Source of the DNA: Neoconidiobolus thromboides FSU 785
Lineage: Eukaryota; Fungi; Entomophthoromycota
Length of the DNA: 64,000 nt
Reading direction: 5' to 3'
Assembly: GCA_025603075.1 (NCBI GenBank)
Contig: MU626298.1
Coordinates: forward strand, 1-64,000
In this document: positions 52,996-64,000 of the stretch, in pieces
Layout: every line of letters begins with the position of its first letter
Numbering within the stretch: the stretch's first letter is position 1
The notes under the pieces: generated by a model
Databases searched by the model: none
Told to the model about the DNA's origin: nothing
What the model saw: only the letters and a program-made list of their open reading frames with translations
Position numbers and translations under genes: made by a program

Positions 52996-53630
52996 ACAGA
53001 ATAATTAAAATTTTGAAAAAATAAAATTCCAAAGCTTTGAGTTTTTCAGTTGTTTACGAACTACTTTTAACCCTAGCGGAGAAATTGAATCATTTTTATA
53101 ATTTATTTGATTGGCTAAGATAAGAATCTCAAGACTAAACATTAATTAAGTGCCCACACTAAGAGACTTGACTGAGTTTTCGACTCATATTCATTAAATT
53201 TGATCTATTTTTATGTATGATTTAGATCTTTTCTTGGTTTTTTATTTTTGTTTTGCCAAGTAACAATTCAAATCATATTTTCTATCCACTTTAAGCTAAC
53301 AATACTTATCAAACAAAATTTTATAGCTTAATTATTCAACTAGTTTTAGAAATAAGATTAGTTTTATTTTGACTGTTTTTTATAAACTGTGATAATGATT
53401 TGTTTTAATACATTTTATATAAATATGAGCATATTTTAGTATGTTGAAATAGCAATAATTCCATTTTAATTCTTTGAATTGAGTCACCATTTTATAAAAT
53501 AGCTGTCAACAATTATTTGTTTTATCACTTGAAATTGTACCAATTTATGTTCAATCACCAACTTTTGCACTAAATAAATGCAGTCAATTTTAAACAAAAT
53601 TGTAAAAAATTAACTTCACTTTTTTTTAAA

Positions 53631-54433
53631 ATGGCTTCACTATTACCAAGATTAGATACCCCTTCAACGTATAAGGACAATAAAAATCCAGTAAGCAAAT
53701 AAACATGAAAAATAACAATCTAAACCAAGAAAATAGTTGGAAAAAGCGGAACTTGCTAAAAAGTTGGAACAAAGCTCAACTTTATATGTAGGTAACTTAT
53801 CGTTTTATACTTCTGAAGAGCAAATCCATGAGTTATTTTCCAAATGTGGCGAGATTAAACGTATCATTATGGGTTTAGATCGTATGAAGAAAACTCCTTG
53901 TGGCTTTTGTTTTGTTGAGTAAGAAACCAATAATTAATAAAAGTTAATAATTGGTAATCAATTTTAGATATTACTCCCATGAAGACGCTGTAGATTGTTT
54001 GAAATTCTTAAATAGTACCAAGTTAGATGATAGAATAATAAGAACAGATATTGATCCCGGATTTATGGAGGGTCGTCAATTCGGTCGTGGACGTAACGGA
54101 GGACAAGTAAAAACTTGACTAAATTTAATCACGTATATTTATTTTGTATAGGTAAGAGATGAATTCCGTACTGAATTTGATGCAGGAAGAGGAGGATGGG
54201 GACATCAAAAAGCCAGTATTGAGAAAAACCGTGAGAATGTACTTAAAGATACTTACGAAAATATGGTTCATGCACCTACTGGGGCTTCTAATAGCTTCAA
54301 TGCTTCAAAGAGTAAGATTATTTATGATTTTGTTTAACTTATTAAATATTTTTTAGATGATAAGAAGAAACGTGGACGCGGAGATGACGACGATGAAGAA
54401 GAGGGAAATAATAACAAAAGAACAAACAACTAA
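53631..54433 (+). CDS. CBC2: Nuclear cap-binding protein subunit 2 (CBP20), multi-exon
   Basis: [26 protein letters not shown]...[19 protein letters not shown]...[25 protein letters not shown]. Confidence 0.96.
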
Positions 54434-54869
54434 AGTGTATTGCACGCATTTATAGATGGACAATTTAAATGTTTCAATTTACTAGCTCAATACGAATTAA
54501 AAAATTCCATCAATTAAATAAATTATTAAGCTAATCTTGAAAGATTGTTTTAAAAAAAACTGTTTATCATTAAGTATTTCTTACTGTCTAGAGAGATGTA
54601 TTGTTTATGTATACTGATAACCTTAACTATTATATATACATGAATTTTAATTTACTAACCTTTAGATTGCTTTGTTATATACTGATTCCAAATGTATTTG
54701 AGTTAAAACGGGCTGTAGTTACAAGACTTTTGTTGTTTTTGGTTCAGGGTTGATTTTTAATGTCAATTTACGGGTATATAAAAGTATACAGCCCTCAAAT
54801 TCACATTAGAAAAAAATAACCATAAGCTAAAAGCAACAAGATACCTAACTCTAAGTTGCTTGATAATTT

Positions 54870-54967
54870 AAAAATACATTATTTTGCTTCAACATTTTGT
54901 CCACTCTTTGAAGTTCAAACCTTAAGGAATTTGGTCGAATTCTTAAACAAAAAGGCACTTCAAATAT
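54870..54967 (+). mobile_element. MITE family copy l (highly diverged)
   Basis: TTTTGCTTCAACATTTTGTCCACTCTTTGAAG...GAATTCTTAAACAAAAAGGCACTTC is colinear with the consensus at the expected spacing. Confidence 0.55.
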
Positions 54968-55663
54968 TGGTTTCGAACTATTTTGTATTTAGATGTGTTT
55001 ATATGGAGGTTTATAAATAGTATTATAAATCAAAGATACGCTATGAAATACTGATACAGGTATATAATTTTGAGTAAATGCTTTTGAAATTAAGAATTAT
55101 AAAATTTCAATTATATGAGGAGTAGCATAAAGGTCCACTATACAACCACGTAAAACAAAAAACACCGAATAAATCACTATTGATAAATAACTTTTCAGTT
55201 TATTAGTCATATATGGAAGCCTTTTTTTTATTTTATTCAACTTTATTTTATTTCCGGTCAATAGCTCAACCACCATTGTTCATTTATTGTCTATTACAAT
55301 GTAGGTTTAAAACATAACTCCTTCGCTTTTAAATAAAAGATAATGAAACATGAAAACGAAATAATGCTTAGGAATAGGGTATCTGACTTCTGTATTAATA
55401 TAACTTCACTATAGTTCTAGAATTTTGGTTTTTAAAATATCACGATAAAAGTATCAAGTGTCCTATTCAATCAGTATCAAATTAAATTTATTCAAACTAT
55501 ACTTAAAACACTATAATATGATAATAGCTGGTAGTGCTACTTCAAAAACTAATTGATAGTTGTATTACAAAACAGGTTAAACTTAAACTATAAAAACCAA
55601 ACATCACAATGTATTTTAAATTACTCTTCAGTACTTATGGTACATATTTTATCCAATTTGACT

Positions 55664-57023
55664 TTAGCACTTGTTTAAATTACAAATCTCTGAATCTCTA
55701 TAGCACAGTATAGAAGTAACAACCAATAAAGGAGTAGTAAGTTTATAGCTAATGTTTGGCTTTACTCTGTTCAAATTAGAAGGGCCAATTTTAATAACAT
55801 CAAGGCTTAGGAGCAAGAACAAAAAGTTGATAAAATTATTAATATAAGAATCCAAATATTTCATTGTAGTTTGTTTTATAGAGTTGAAGTTAGAGCTGTT
55901 GCTCTGGTTAATTAAACACTCATGGTATCCTATTTTATCATCATCAACTCTATCGAAACATTCATATCGATCTCTTTTTTGGATCCTGTTTTCTAGGGAT
56001 TCAATACGAAGGTGCCAATGTCCATTAAAAAAGGAAGCATGGTAAATAACTCCAAAGCTATGTTATCAACATATAGCTGCTTTAAACTAGATAATTGTAT
56101 TAACTCATAATCAATGCAACTTTTAAACTTTAACAACCAAAAATAAGCCTGTTATTAGTTTCGACTAATTTTACATTTATATTTGCATTAAATGAATATC
56201 TGGAAATATCTATTAATTTCAGACTCTTTGAGCTACCTAAGTTATCTAAGCTACTGAGGACATCAATATTAAAACCAGGGTCAATATTTCCTTAAAATTT
56301 TGATTAAGTAATGGGTGAAATCTATATTAAATCATGTCTAACTGAAGTATCTACATGTTTATTTGTAGCTAAATGTAACAATCTCAAGCTACTAAATTTC
56401 GTTTTTATTGTACTTAACCCATCAGGGCTTAAATTACCAAAACAATATAACTCAAATGATTTAACATGAGGAGTTTTTTCATTATTTTTTCCATTTTTTA
56501 GGCGATATTTGAGTGGAAAAGCTATTAGTAAAATTCTTGAACAAAAAAATACATCTCCATATTCTGGTTAAAATATTTAATAAAATCTTCGATACATTCT
56601 TTTTGTAAGCCAAATTCGCATATTTAAACTGTTTCAATTTGGTCAAAACAATTCATAAATACTTTTAATATTCCAATAGTATTGTAGTGATATGTGATCA
56701 ACTTTTTTAGGTTTGGTAAATTAATGCTAATACTAAAAGGAATACTACTGGTGTCATATTCATTACAATCACAGAATTGCACCGATGTTATATGTTATAT
56801 ATTTGGACAATCTTTTAACATCTTGAGGTTGCTACCATCTAAATACAAACGTTTTATTAATGTATTGTTTATAAACTTTTTTTTAATACAATTTGTATTT
56901 ACTATCATTCTGATATATTGAATAAATATCTAAAAAACATAATTCAAATAAAAGTGTTGGGGTTAGCAATTGAAATCTTTTTTATAATAATATGTTTAGT
57001 AGTTGATTGAGCTTTATTGTCAT
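55664..57023 (-). pseudogene. F-box/LRR pseudogene (paralog of 62273-63535), interrupted by a MITE
   Basis: MTIKLNQLLNILL*KI; LIKRLYLDGSNLKMLKDCPN; SINLPNLKKL; ECIEDFIKYFNQN|VKSFELYC; all colinear with the intact paralog, with stops and frameshifts. Confidence 0.8.
56464..56562 (+). mobile_element. MITE family copy i (ACAT/ATAT flanks)
   Basis: ACAT-GAGGAGTTTTTTC...AGGCGAT...AAAATACATCTCC-ATAT, inside the F-box pseudogene. Confidence 0.88.
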
Positions 57024-57679
57024 TTTGCAGAGTGGATATAACATAAAGTAACATTTTTAAAGTTTGATAAAAAAAACAAAAAAATTGCTAATAAATCAAT
57101 AGATTAAAATTCCAAAAAAATTAATAAGTATAAAAACATGTTATTATTTATTTTGAATTAATATATTGTAAACTGGCCATGCTATTAATATTAGACCAAC
57201 AGGGGTTGCAAAAAACCTTCCCAAGCTTAGCTAAAAATCAAATACTTTTCAGTAGCAAACTTTATTAACTATAATAATTTTTGATTTTTGACTTTTTTAC
57301 TAGTAAAAATTTTGTTAGCATTTTTCAAATAATGAAACTTTAAAAAATATTTACTATGTCATATTTTTTTAAGAAAAGATAAAGGAAGATTTTTTAAAAA
57401 TGAATTTATATATCCATTGTTAAAAAAGCCTTTTTAAATAATAAATGTATATAGTCAAGCTTTAAAAAATTGGTTTCATATAAAAACAAAGCTTGCTCAT
57501 ACTTATAATATGTTTTATTTAGAAAATTTATATTAAAAAGTATTAAAGTTAGGACTTTTAATATGAAATTAAATTCTAAAAATATACTTTTAGAAAATAA
57601 ATTTTTATATCCTTTTTTTAGTACTTAATAATTTCTTTATTTTATGATATTAAAAAATCAAAAAAATATATAAGTAGCA

Positions 57680-57724
57680 TTTAAACATTACTAACTTATC
57701 ATTTAACATTACTAACCTATCATT
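57680..57724. repeat. ~21-bp tandem duplication
   Basis: CATTTAAACATTACTAACTTAT / CATTTAACATTACTAACCTAT / CATT. Confidence 0.7.
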
Positions 57725-57955
57725 AGCTTTTTGTTTTTTTAATCTTTTTTTGTTATTTTTCCATAGGATCTTTAAATTTGTTACTTTAGACTAAAAACAC
57801 TTTGAGCATAAAAGCAAAAAACTTTATTTCATGTAGGCTCTATGGTCGCTTAACCATTTTATTTAGTACAAAGCAATCCCGCTTTTATAACCAATAAGTT
57901 AATGAATATCAGTTTAGCTATAACGGTCAAGGTTTGAACTAAAGTACTTTACATC

Positions 57956-58060
57956 GATGTGGTATATCTTTTCTCATTTAGGTACTTTAGTATTTTCTAA
58001 GCAGTTTAACATTTAAGGTAAATCCTAGATAAACCTTTAAACAAAAAAATACACCTTTCA
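57956..58060 (+). mobile_element. Possible very old MITE family copy
   Basis: The 3' end TTTAAACAAAAAAATACACCTTTCATA and overall length fit; the interior is poorly conserved. Confidence 0.3.
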
Positions 58061-58464
58061 TAAGTTCCTATACTAAGTAATCCTATTTAACTATTATCAT
58101 TGATGTAGCTCAAGAAGCAGTAAAGGTATAACTTTAATACCAAACATTCGCCAAGTCTAAAAGTAAAGCATTATCAAACTGAATTTTTTCAACTGTTGCA
58201 TTTATACTTTTACTATTTAGGAAGAACATGTGTGATACCAACAAAAATAGGGCTACATAATATTACAGTCAATTAATTTATAAAGACCAAAAGTCTATTA
58301 TCTCAACTCCAACCATATTACATATATATCAACTTTGTTAATGTTTTAAGTTTAAACCAAAAGGCTTAAGGCAAAGCTTGTTTCAGTAGGGTTATTTTAC
58401 TTCAAGCTCTAAAGCTTCCTGGAATCCTGATAGTAAGTACTAAAAGTTTAATAGGTTATATAAA

Positions 58465-59357
58465 ATGATATGTAACAAAATCAAAACCATTCAAAGCCTT
58501 TACTTTGATGACATAAACAAATATATAAAAATTCAATAATTTTAAAAAATCAGGATGTCTGGTTTTTGTGATTTTATAGAAAGGATAGTGAGCATTTCGG
58601 TCCATTTGAGTAGTACAGTTTGTTAACTTTGAAACATAAAGCAAGAAAACTACTATTTTGATATAAAATATTAAGTTTGTTTATTAGGGGATAGAATTTG
58701 GCTCCCATGGTCTTACGTATACTGAAATTTCTAAAAGAATTCCAGGGTTAAGGTAATAACTTAAACATATTTTGTAATTTAACTAAATCTAAAGCAATTT
58801 AGGATGGAGTAAGATACTATTTATAAAACTCGATGATGGAGGGTTATCACTTACAAATCATTAAAGATAGCAGATTACCTTCGAGAAAAATATCCAGAAA
58901 AACCACTATTCCTTAATGGTCGCTATTTGCTACTTTTTTGGAAGACTATTCAACAACATTTATGCCATTAGCTAGAGCAGTAGTTATGGATGTTTATGAT
59001 TTATTAGGAAATAAAGAAAAAGAGTGTTTTTTTGTCACTAAAGAAGCAACTTCAAAAACAACTTTGGAAGAGCTTACCATCAATAAAAAAAATTATAAAG
59101 AAGCAGTTTAAAATTTGTTTATTCCCTTCGGTGAAATATAATTTAAAAACAAGTACTCAGAAGGTGACAAACCATACTATTTAAATTATATTATGTTTGC
59201 TCATATTAAGCCAGCTCAAATAATTTCAATTCTCACATTTGATGACCTTGTTACACATCGTCAAGATCCAGTTTTAAAGAGCTGGTTTAATTCCATTCAA
59301 AATCTTTACAATATGTTTGCTGCTCCATTCAAACTTCGGGCTCTATTTTTGAAATAA
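58465..59357 (+). pseudogene. Glutathione S-transferase (LigE/GSTFuA beta-etherase-like) pseudogene; 5' limit approximate
   Basis: HFGPFE*YSLLTLKH, GIEFGSHGLTYTEI, SLKIADYLREKYPEKPLF, VMDVYDLL, EGDKPYYLNYIMFA, DPVLKSWFNSIQNLY; stops and frameshifts. Confidence 0.7.
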
Positions 59358-59739
59358 AAATGTAAAGCCACAATGTTATTGGGTTCATTCCATGTTATCG
59401 ATTAAAATTGGATGTCTTTATTCACGACTTTTGCTTATTTTAAAATGTTTACTCTTAGATTCAATATTTAATGACAAAGTATCATTTCTCTGTCTTGATT
59501 TTTGCACATGATATTATTTTAATGGTGATATTCATTTAAAAAACAATGTAATTGTTATAAAAACTATACTAATATTTATTTAGCTATTTATGATTGCAAT
59601 ATTTTAAAAAACTCAAATATTAAAATGCTGTATAAGCTCAATAGAACAGAAATGCTTAGAAAAGATAAAAGAGGAGAGGTCAGGTAGTTATAGCTTTCAA
59701 AATCATAATAAAATGACTATAAATTTACTATGACTTGAA

Positions 59740-60854
59740 CTAAAATATATTTATAGTAGTGTTTAGTATTTCAAAAGCCTCAGAGGTCATATTATTTCTA
59801 AAAGGAGAAACAAGAGACAATGAGTTTATAGATCGATGATGTAGACTTCCTACATTTTGTATAGTTTTAGTTTTGTTGATTCGAGGTACTTCAAGATTTT
59901 GGAACACGGATATAAAATTCAAGGATTGGTCAGTAATAGCTTTAAAATTGTCAAGCATAATTTGATAATATATTTACACATGTATGAAATAAATCCCTCC
60001 TTATTGATGACTTTTTTACTTCTCTTGTATCAAAGAAAATACTTTAGATATTTGGTAGGTTGTAAATTTATTTTATCACTTATACTCTACACCTTTTTAC
60101 ACATCTTTGCTTGATGCTGATAATATCACAAGTTCATAATTCTGTGCATTAAGCAGGCCAAAGAAGCCTAAGTTAACAGCTTTGCTACTTTCAAATACCA
60201 TCTCATTTTCATCCACCTGCCTTTCAACTAATAAGTCCAAATTCGAACTAAACCTCAGTTTTAGATCAAATTCATTAGACATTGTAATAGCTATTCTAGA
60301 TTTTAAATATGACACGCTCATTCTTCATATTTTTCAACCGTGTTTATTCAAAGAAGTCTAAGAAAATGCTTTAATTTAATATTTTTAAATCAAACAATCC
60401 AGCGAATGGATCAATGACTATGTCACTTCCATTAAATTTGAGTGATTTGATCTGTTTCAAACGCCCTGAAAACAGCTAAGTCACTTAAGCAGAACCGATA
60501 ATTGTTAATATATTTGGGCTCAATTAATTCCGGTATACCAACAGTACTTTTTCGAGACTAAAGTTACCCTTAAACCATATTGATATTATGTTAAAAAAAT
60601 GATTTAATAAAATGATTGTTTTTTCAGCTACAGTCAAATGTCTTACTAGTTCTTCATATTTATTTATAAATCTCTCTTGATATCTGCAAAATTTGCCAAT
60701 TGTGTAAACTGGCTAAAGTGAACAGTATTAATAATTCGGTTTGTGAAGACACATAAGCATCTCTTCAAAAAGCGGACATTAGGTATATATTCTAGCCTAT
60801 TAGTCAATATTACTACCAACAGACAGTCTGGTAAATCTTTGAACTATGTTGCAT
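59740..60854 (-). pseudogene. Second F-box/LRR pseudogene (paralog of 62273-63535)
   Basis: FKDLPDCLLVVIL (F-box); NEFDLKLRFSSNLDL vs AELNPKLNFNSNLEL; LDNFKAITDQSLNFISVFQNLE vs INNFNTTIGKLLTFIKLFPNLE in the intact paralog. Confidence 0.72.
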
Positions 60855-61833
60855 TTTGGACTAAATTGAAACCGAAGAAAGATTGCAATCAACTTTTAAA
60901 TCTACTCACAAACTATGAGCTATGATAAAGTAATTTGCCTTTTTAGCAAAACAATAGAGACAAATCAAAAATTTGGATTGAATAAAATATTGATCAAGTC
61001 AAATTAAATGACCGATTTTTTGCAAAAATTCTGAATTAAATCTAAACAGTCTGAAATAATCATTTTATTATTTAATTTTATTAAGTCATATAAATTTTGC
61101 AATTTAAAGTTAAATTAATATAGAGAAAACTAGTTACAATATTAATCGAAATTTTAGACTTGGCCAAATAAGCAAACCTTTAGAGAAGTATACCTATATC
61201 TTGACAAAATTAGTGTGTCTACCTTGATTACCAACATCTCAGTCACTGAAAGTAATATGTGTTAAAGCACTCCTTACAATAGAACAATATTTGCTACTTT
61301 CTTATATTTACCAGTCAATCTCTTAACCAACCTTCTACCCTTTTATTAATTTTTTTGTAGCAAAGTCTTTGAGAGCTTCAACTCTATGGTTTCTAAATTA
61401 TATCGACAACTCTTAAATTTGTGTATATAAAACCAATGTCTGATTGATTATCGATAGGAATTTATTTTGGATTTTTTAAATTGTACTTATGATATTTATA
61501 ATTTTCAAGTATATGTAGATTGTAAGACGATGGGTATTAAGAGGTAGATGAATCGGGTAGTGAGATCCATCTAAGGGTTTTAATGTAATAGGTGCTTTAA
61601 ATAAATGCTTAGTAATACTAAATAAACACAATTAAGTATAGGTACTATTAGTTAAAATATAAAGTTGATGTATTACCTGATAGCCTAGACAACTAAAAAG
61701 AGTCTAGATATTAAGTTCAATATCATTAAAAATATCATTATTATAAAGTTTTTTTTAGCTCTGATACTGTTATTATATCATCAGAATTAGCTGCAAATCC
61801 AATAAAGTTATAATAGTCTTTTTTATCTAAAGT

Positions 61834-61940
61834 ATATGGGGATGTATTTTTGTGTTTAAGAATTTTGCTAACAATTTTTCTACTCAAATAGCGCTTAAAA
61901 GATGGAAAAAATAATGAAGCCAAAAAAAACATCACCATAT
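61834..61940 (-). mobile_element. MITE family copy j (ATAT TSDs)
   Basis: ATAT-GGGGATGTATTTTTG...AGCGCTT...AAAAAAAACATCACC-ATAT. Confidence 0.9.
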
Positions 61941-62272
61941 AGTAAAGTTCATATAAAACGTTTGTAATCATAAATTTTAACAACTTTATTAAAATATTAT
62001 AAATCTTTGTAAAGCTTTTATAGAGAAAGGATAATTCTAAAAATAAGTAAAATAAATAGCTAAAGGACATATTATAAAAACAATACAAAGAAAGTGTCTT
62101 AATACTCAGTATAAATAAACCATATGTGCAAAATTATGTATAATATTGGGACAGAATTATTATTTTATGATATAAACGTAAAAAATAAAAGTAGAAAAAT
62201 TATTCTGATATGGTTTTATTCTATTATTCATAGCTATTAAATGATAAACATTACAAATTGATCATTAAGTCA

Positions 62273-63535
62273 TTATAGTTCTATTAAATTTAATTTTGGG
62301 ATGCTCTTTAGCCTCCTATAGGCACCTAAAGAGGTTACAGGATCAATACGAGTAACAAGCAGTATTAGGGTAGTAGGTAGATATTCAATTTCTGACAGTG
62401 CATGTTGAAGAGTAAGACAGCTAACATTAATTAATTCAAGGTTTGGAAATAACTTGATAAAAGTTAATAGCTTGCCAATTGTAGTGTTGAAATTATTAAT
62501 TGAAATTTTTTTTACATATTTACATTTATAAAAATCCAAATTCAAATAATTAAGATTAATTTCATTTAAAGCTATTTTACTAATATGAAGCATTTGGATA
62601 TTTGGCAATCCTTGAATCCCTTTCAAGACTTCTTTTTTGAATTTTTTAATATGTATTTCTTTTAATGCTGGAGACTTAAAAAATTCATAACTAAGTAGAC
62701 ATCCAGAGTTAGAGTACCCAAGTGAAGTAATATTACTTCCCTCAATAAATTTTATATTATCGTTGTCATTGAAAAAATTACGTGACAAATCCCTTAACTG
62801 TATACTCTTGAGCTTTTTTAGGTCCCCAAAACTTTGAATACCTACTCCATTCTCAAACTTTCCGCTAATTGATAGTTCCAAATTTGAATTGAAATTCAAC
62901 TTTGGATTTAGTTCAGCAGTTGTAAAAAAGCTCTTTGAAGCTAATAGTTCTAATTTTTCTAATTTGTTAAATTTTGATTTGATAATATCTAATCCGTCAA
63001 GATTAAAAAAAAGTTCTCTGCAAGCAATCTCGAGTGATCTTAGTTTGTTTGGATTTAAATGCTTAACAACATCTTTAATACTTTCACTATTTACACCAAT
63101 TATAATTATTTCCATCTGGCTTAAATAATTACTAAAACACTCTAAAATGTTTGCAACTTCACAGAAATCTATAGATAATTTCGTTAACTTTGGTAGTTCA
63201 ATATTAATATTAGATGGAATTGTATCATAACTTTGGTAAAATGCTATAATATTAATACACTTTAAATTGAGGCAGTTCTTTATAAATCCAATATTTTGAT
63301 CATCTAAAAGTAGCTCTTTCATCAATTTGCCATTTTCTTGAATAAACTTTACTTGTAACTCATCAAATCTTCCATCACTATAAAGAGAATAAGCTAAATT
63401 AGATCTGATGACCCGCTTTATTATACTGAATAAATATTTACTCAAAAAGCTAAGATCAATTAACTCTTCTGGTCTAATTAGTTGAAACACTCTTTCTAAT
63501 ACGATATCTGGTAAATAGTCGAACTGTATTTTCAT
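62273..63535 (-). CDS. F-box/LRR (RNI-like) protein, intronless
   Basis: N-terminal FDYLPDIVLERVFQLI..EELIDLSFLSK (F-box), followed by degenerate LxxLxL repeats. Confidence 0.82.
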   Translation of the reverse strand: MKIQFDYLPDIVLERVFQLIRPEELIDLSFLSKYLFSIIKRVIRSNLAYSLYSDGRFDELQVKFIQENGKLMKELLLDDQNIGFIKNCLNLKCINIIAFYQSYDTIPSNINIELPKLTKLSIDFCEVANILECFSNYLSQMEIIIIGVNSESIKDVVKHLNPNKLRSLEIACRELFFNLDGLDIIKSKFNKLEKLELLASKSFFTTAELNPKLNFNSNLELSISGKFENGVGIQSFGDLKKLKSIQLRDLSRNFFNDNDNIKFIEGSNITSLGYSNSGCLLSYEFFKSPALKEIHIKKFKKEVLKGIQGLPNIQMLHISKIALNEINLNYLNLDFYKCKYVKKISINNFNTTIGKLLTFIKLFPNLELINVSCLTLQHALSEIEYLPTTLILLVTRIDPVTSLGAYRRLKSIPKLNLIEL

Positions 63536-64000
63536 TTAAATATGAATTTGATAAAATATTTGGCTTTTGGACTTTTTAGAAATTATTGATAATAGCAGAA
63601 TCATTCTACTTTTCTAACCAATAAAGTGTGAAGCTAGTCCAAAATTGGATCGAATTAGGAAGCCAAAAGGTTAGAAGATTAAAAACCTGTGTAAACTAAT
63701 AAAAATATTATTTTTTACCTAGTTTTTACTTTCACTTTACTTTTTTCTTTATTGTTCTTTAGCTTCTCTATCATTAAAAATAAACGTTATAACCTAAAGT
63801 TAAGCCAAACTTATTTGGAGTTATCTCTAACTAAACAATATTACTTTTTAAAGATAAATAAAATCTAAAAGCTAAATTATAAACTAGAAGCTAATTACAA
63901 AAAAAATATAGATATTCCAAAATTGAGTCTTAAAAAAATACGTGATCAAAAAATTAATCAAAGAACAGCTATAAATTTACAAAACTATTCTTTTGTAAAA

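Noticed and set aside
57240-57345. Possible additional MITE fragment
   Set aside because: It has only short AT-rich word matches in inconsistent orientation.
10342-61940. Repeat family as CRISPR array, SINE or ncRNA gene
   Set aside because: Copies are dispersed rather than regularly spaced. They have TIRs and TSDs, no A/B boxes and no poly-A tail, and the context is eukaryotic.

Overview
Very AT-rich (~28% GC by eye) eukaryotic DNA with short GT-AG introns (mostly ~45-65 nt). The gene content is fungal: a myosin-motor chitin synthase, a fungal transcription factor, a DASH subunit and a CipC-like domain. Style and composition suggest an early-diverging fungus such as a Conidiobolus-like entomophthoralean; this is inference. 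Apparently intact genes: fungal TF (5' partial), divergent Cdc20-like WD40, AIM25 scramblase, MFS transporter, homeobox TF, class V chitin synthase, UPS1/PRELI, RRN7, mitochondrial LEA-like protein, tRNA-Arg(TCT), pseudokinase-Sel1 fusion, two tandem P450s, TRM10, a 10-exon Spc19-like gene, a G/Q/Y-rich CipC-like protein, SFC1, an F-BAR-SH3 protein, CBC2 and an F-box/LRR protein. Several were rebuilt by hand across introns and are missing from the ORF track. Pseudogenes: an MDR/prostaglandin-reductase type, two F-box/LRR paralogs, a LigE-like GST and an LtrA-like relic. The most striking unexplained structure is a ~95-100 bp MITE family with at least 13 copies in 64 kb. It has ~15-bp TIRs starting GRG and ending CYC, 4-bp AWWT target duplications (Sola-like signature), clustered and nested copies, and insertions whose removal restores reading frames in the dead genes.
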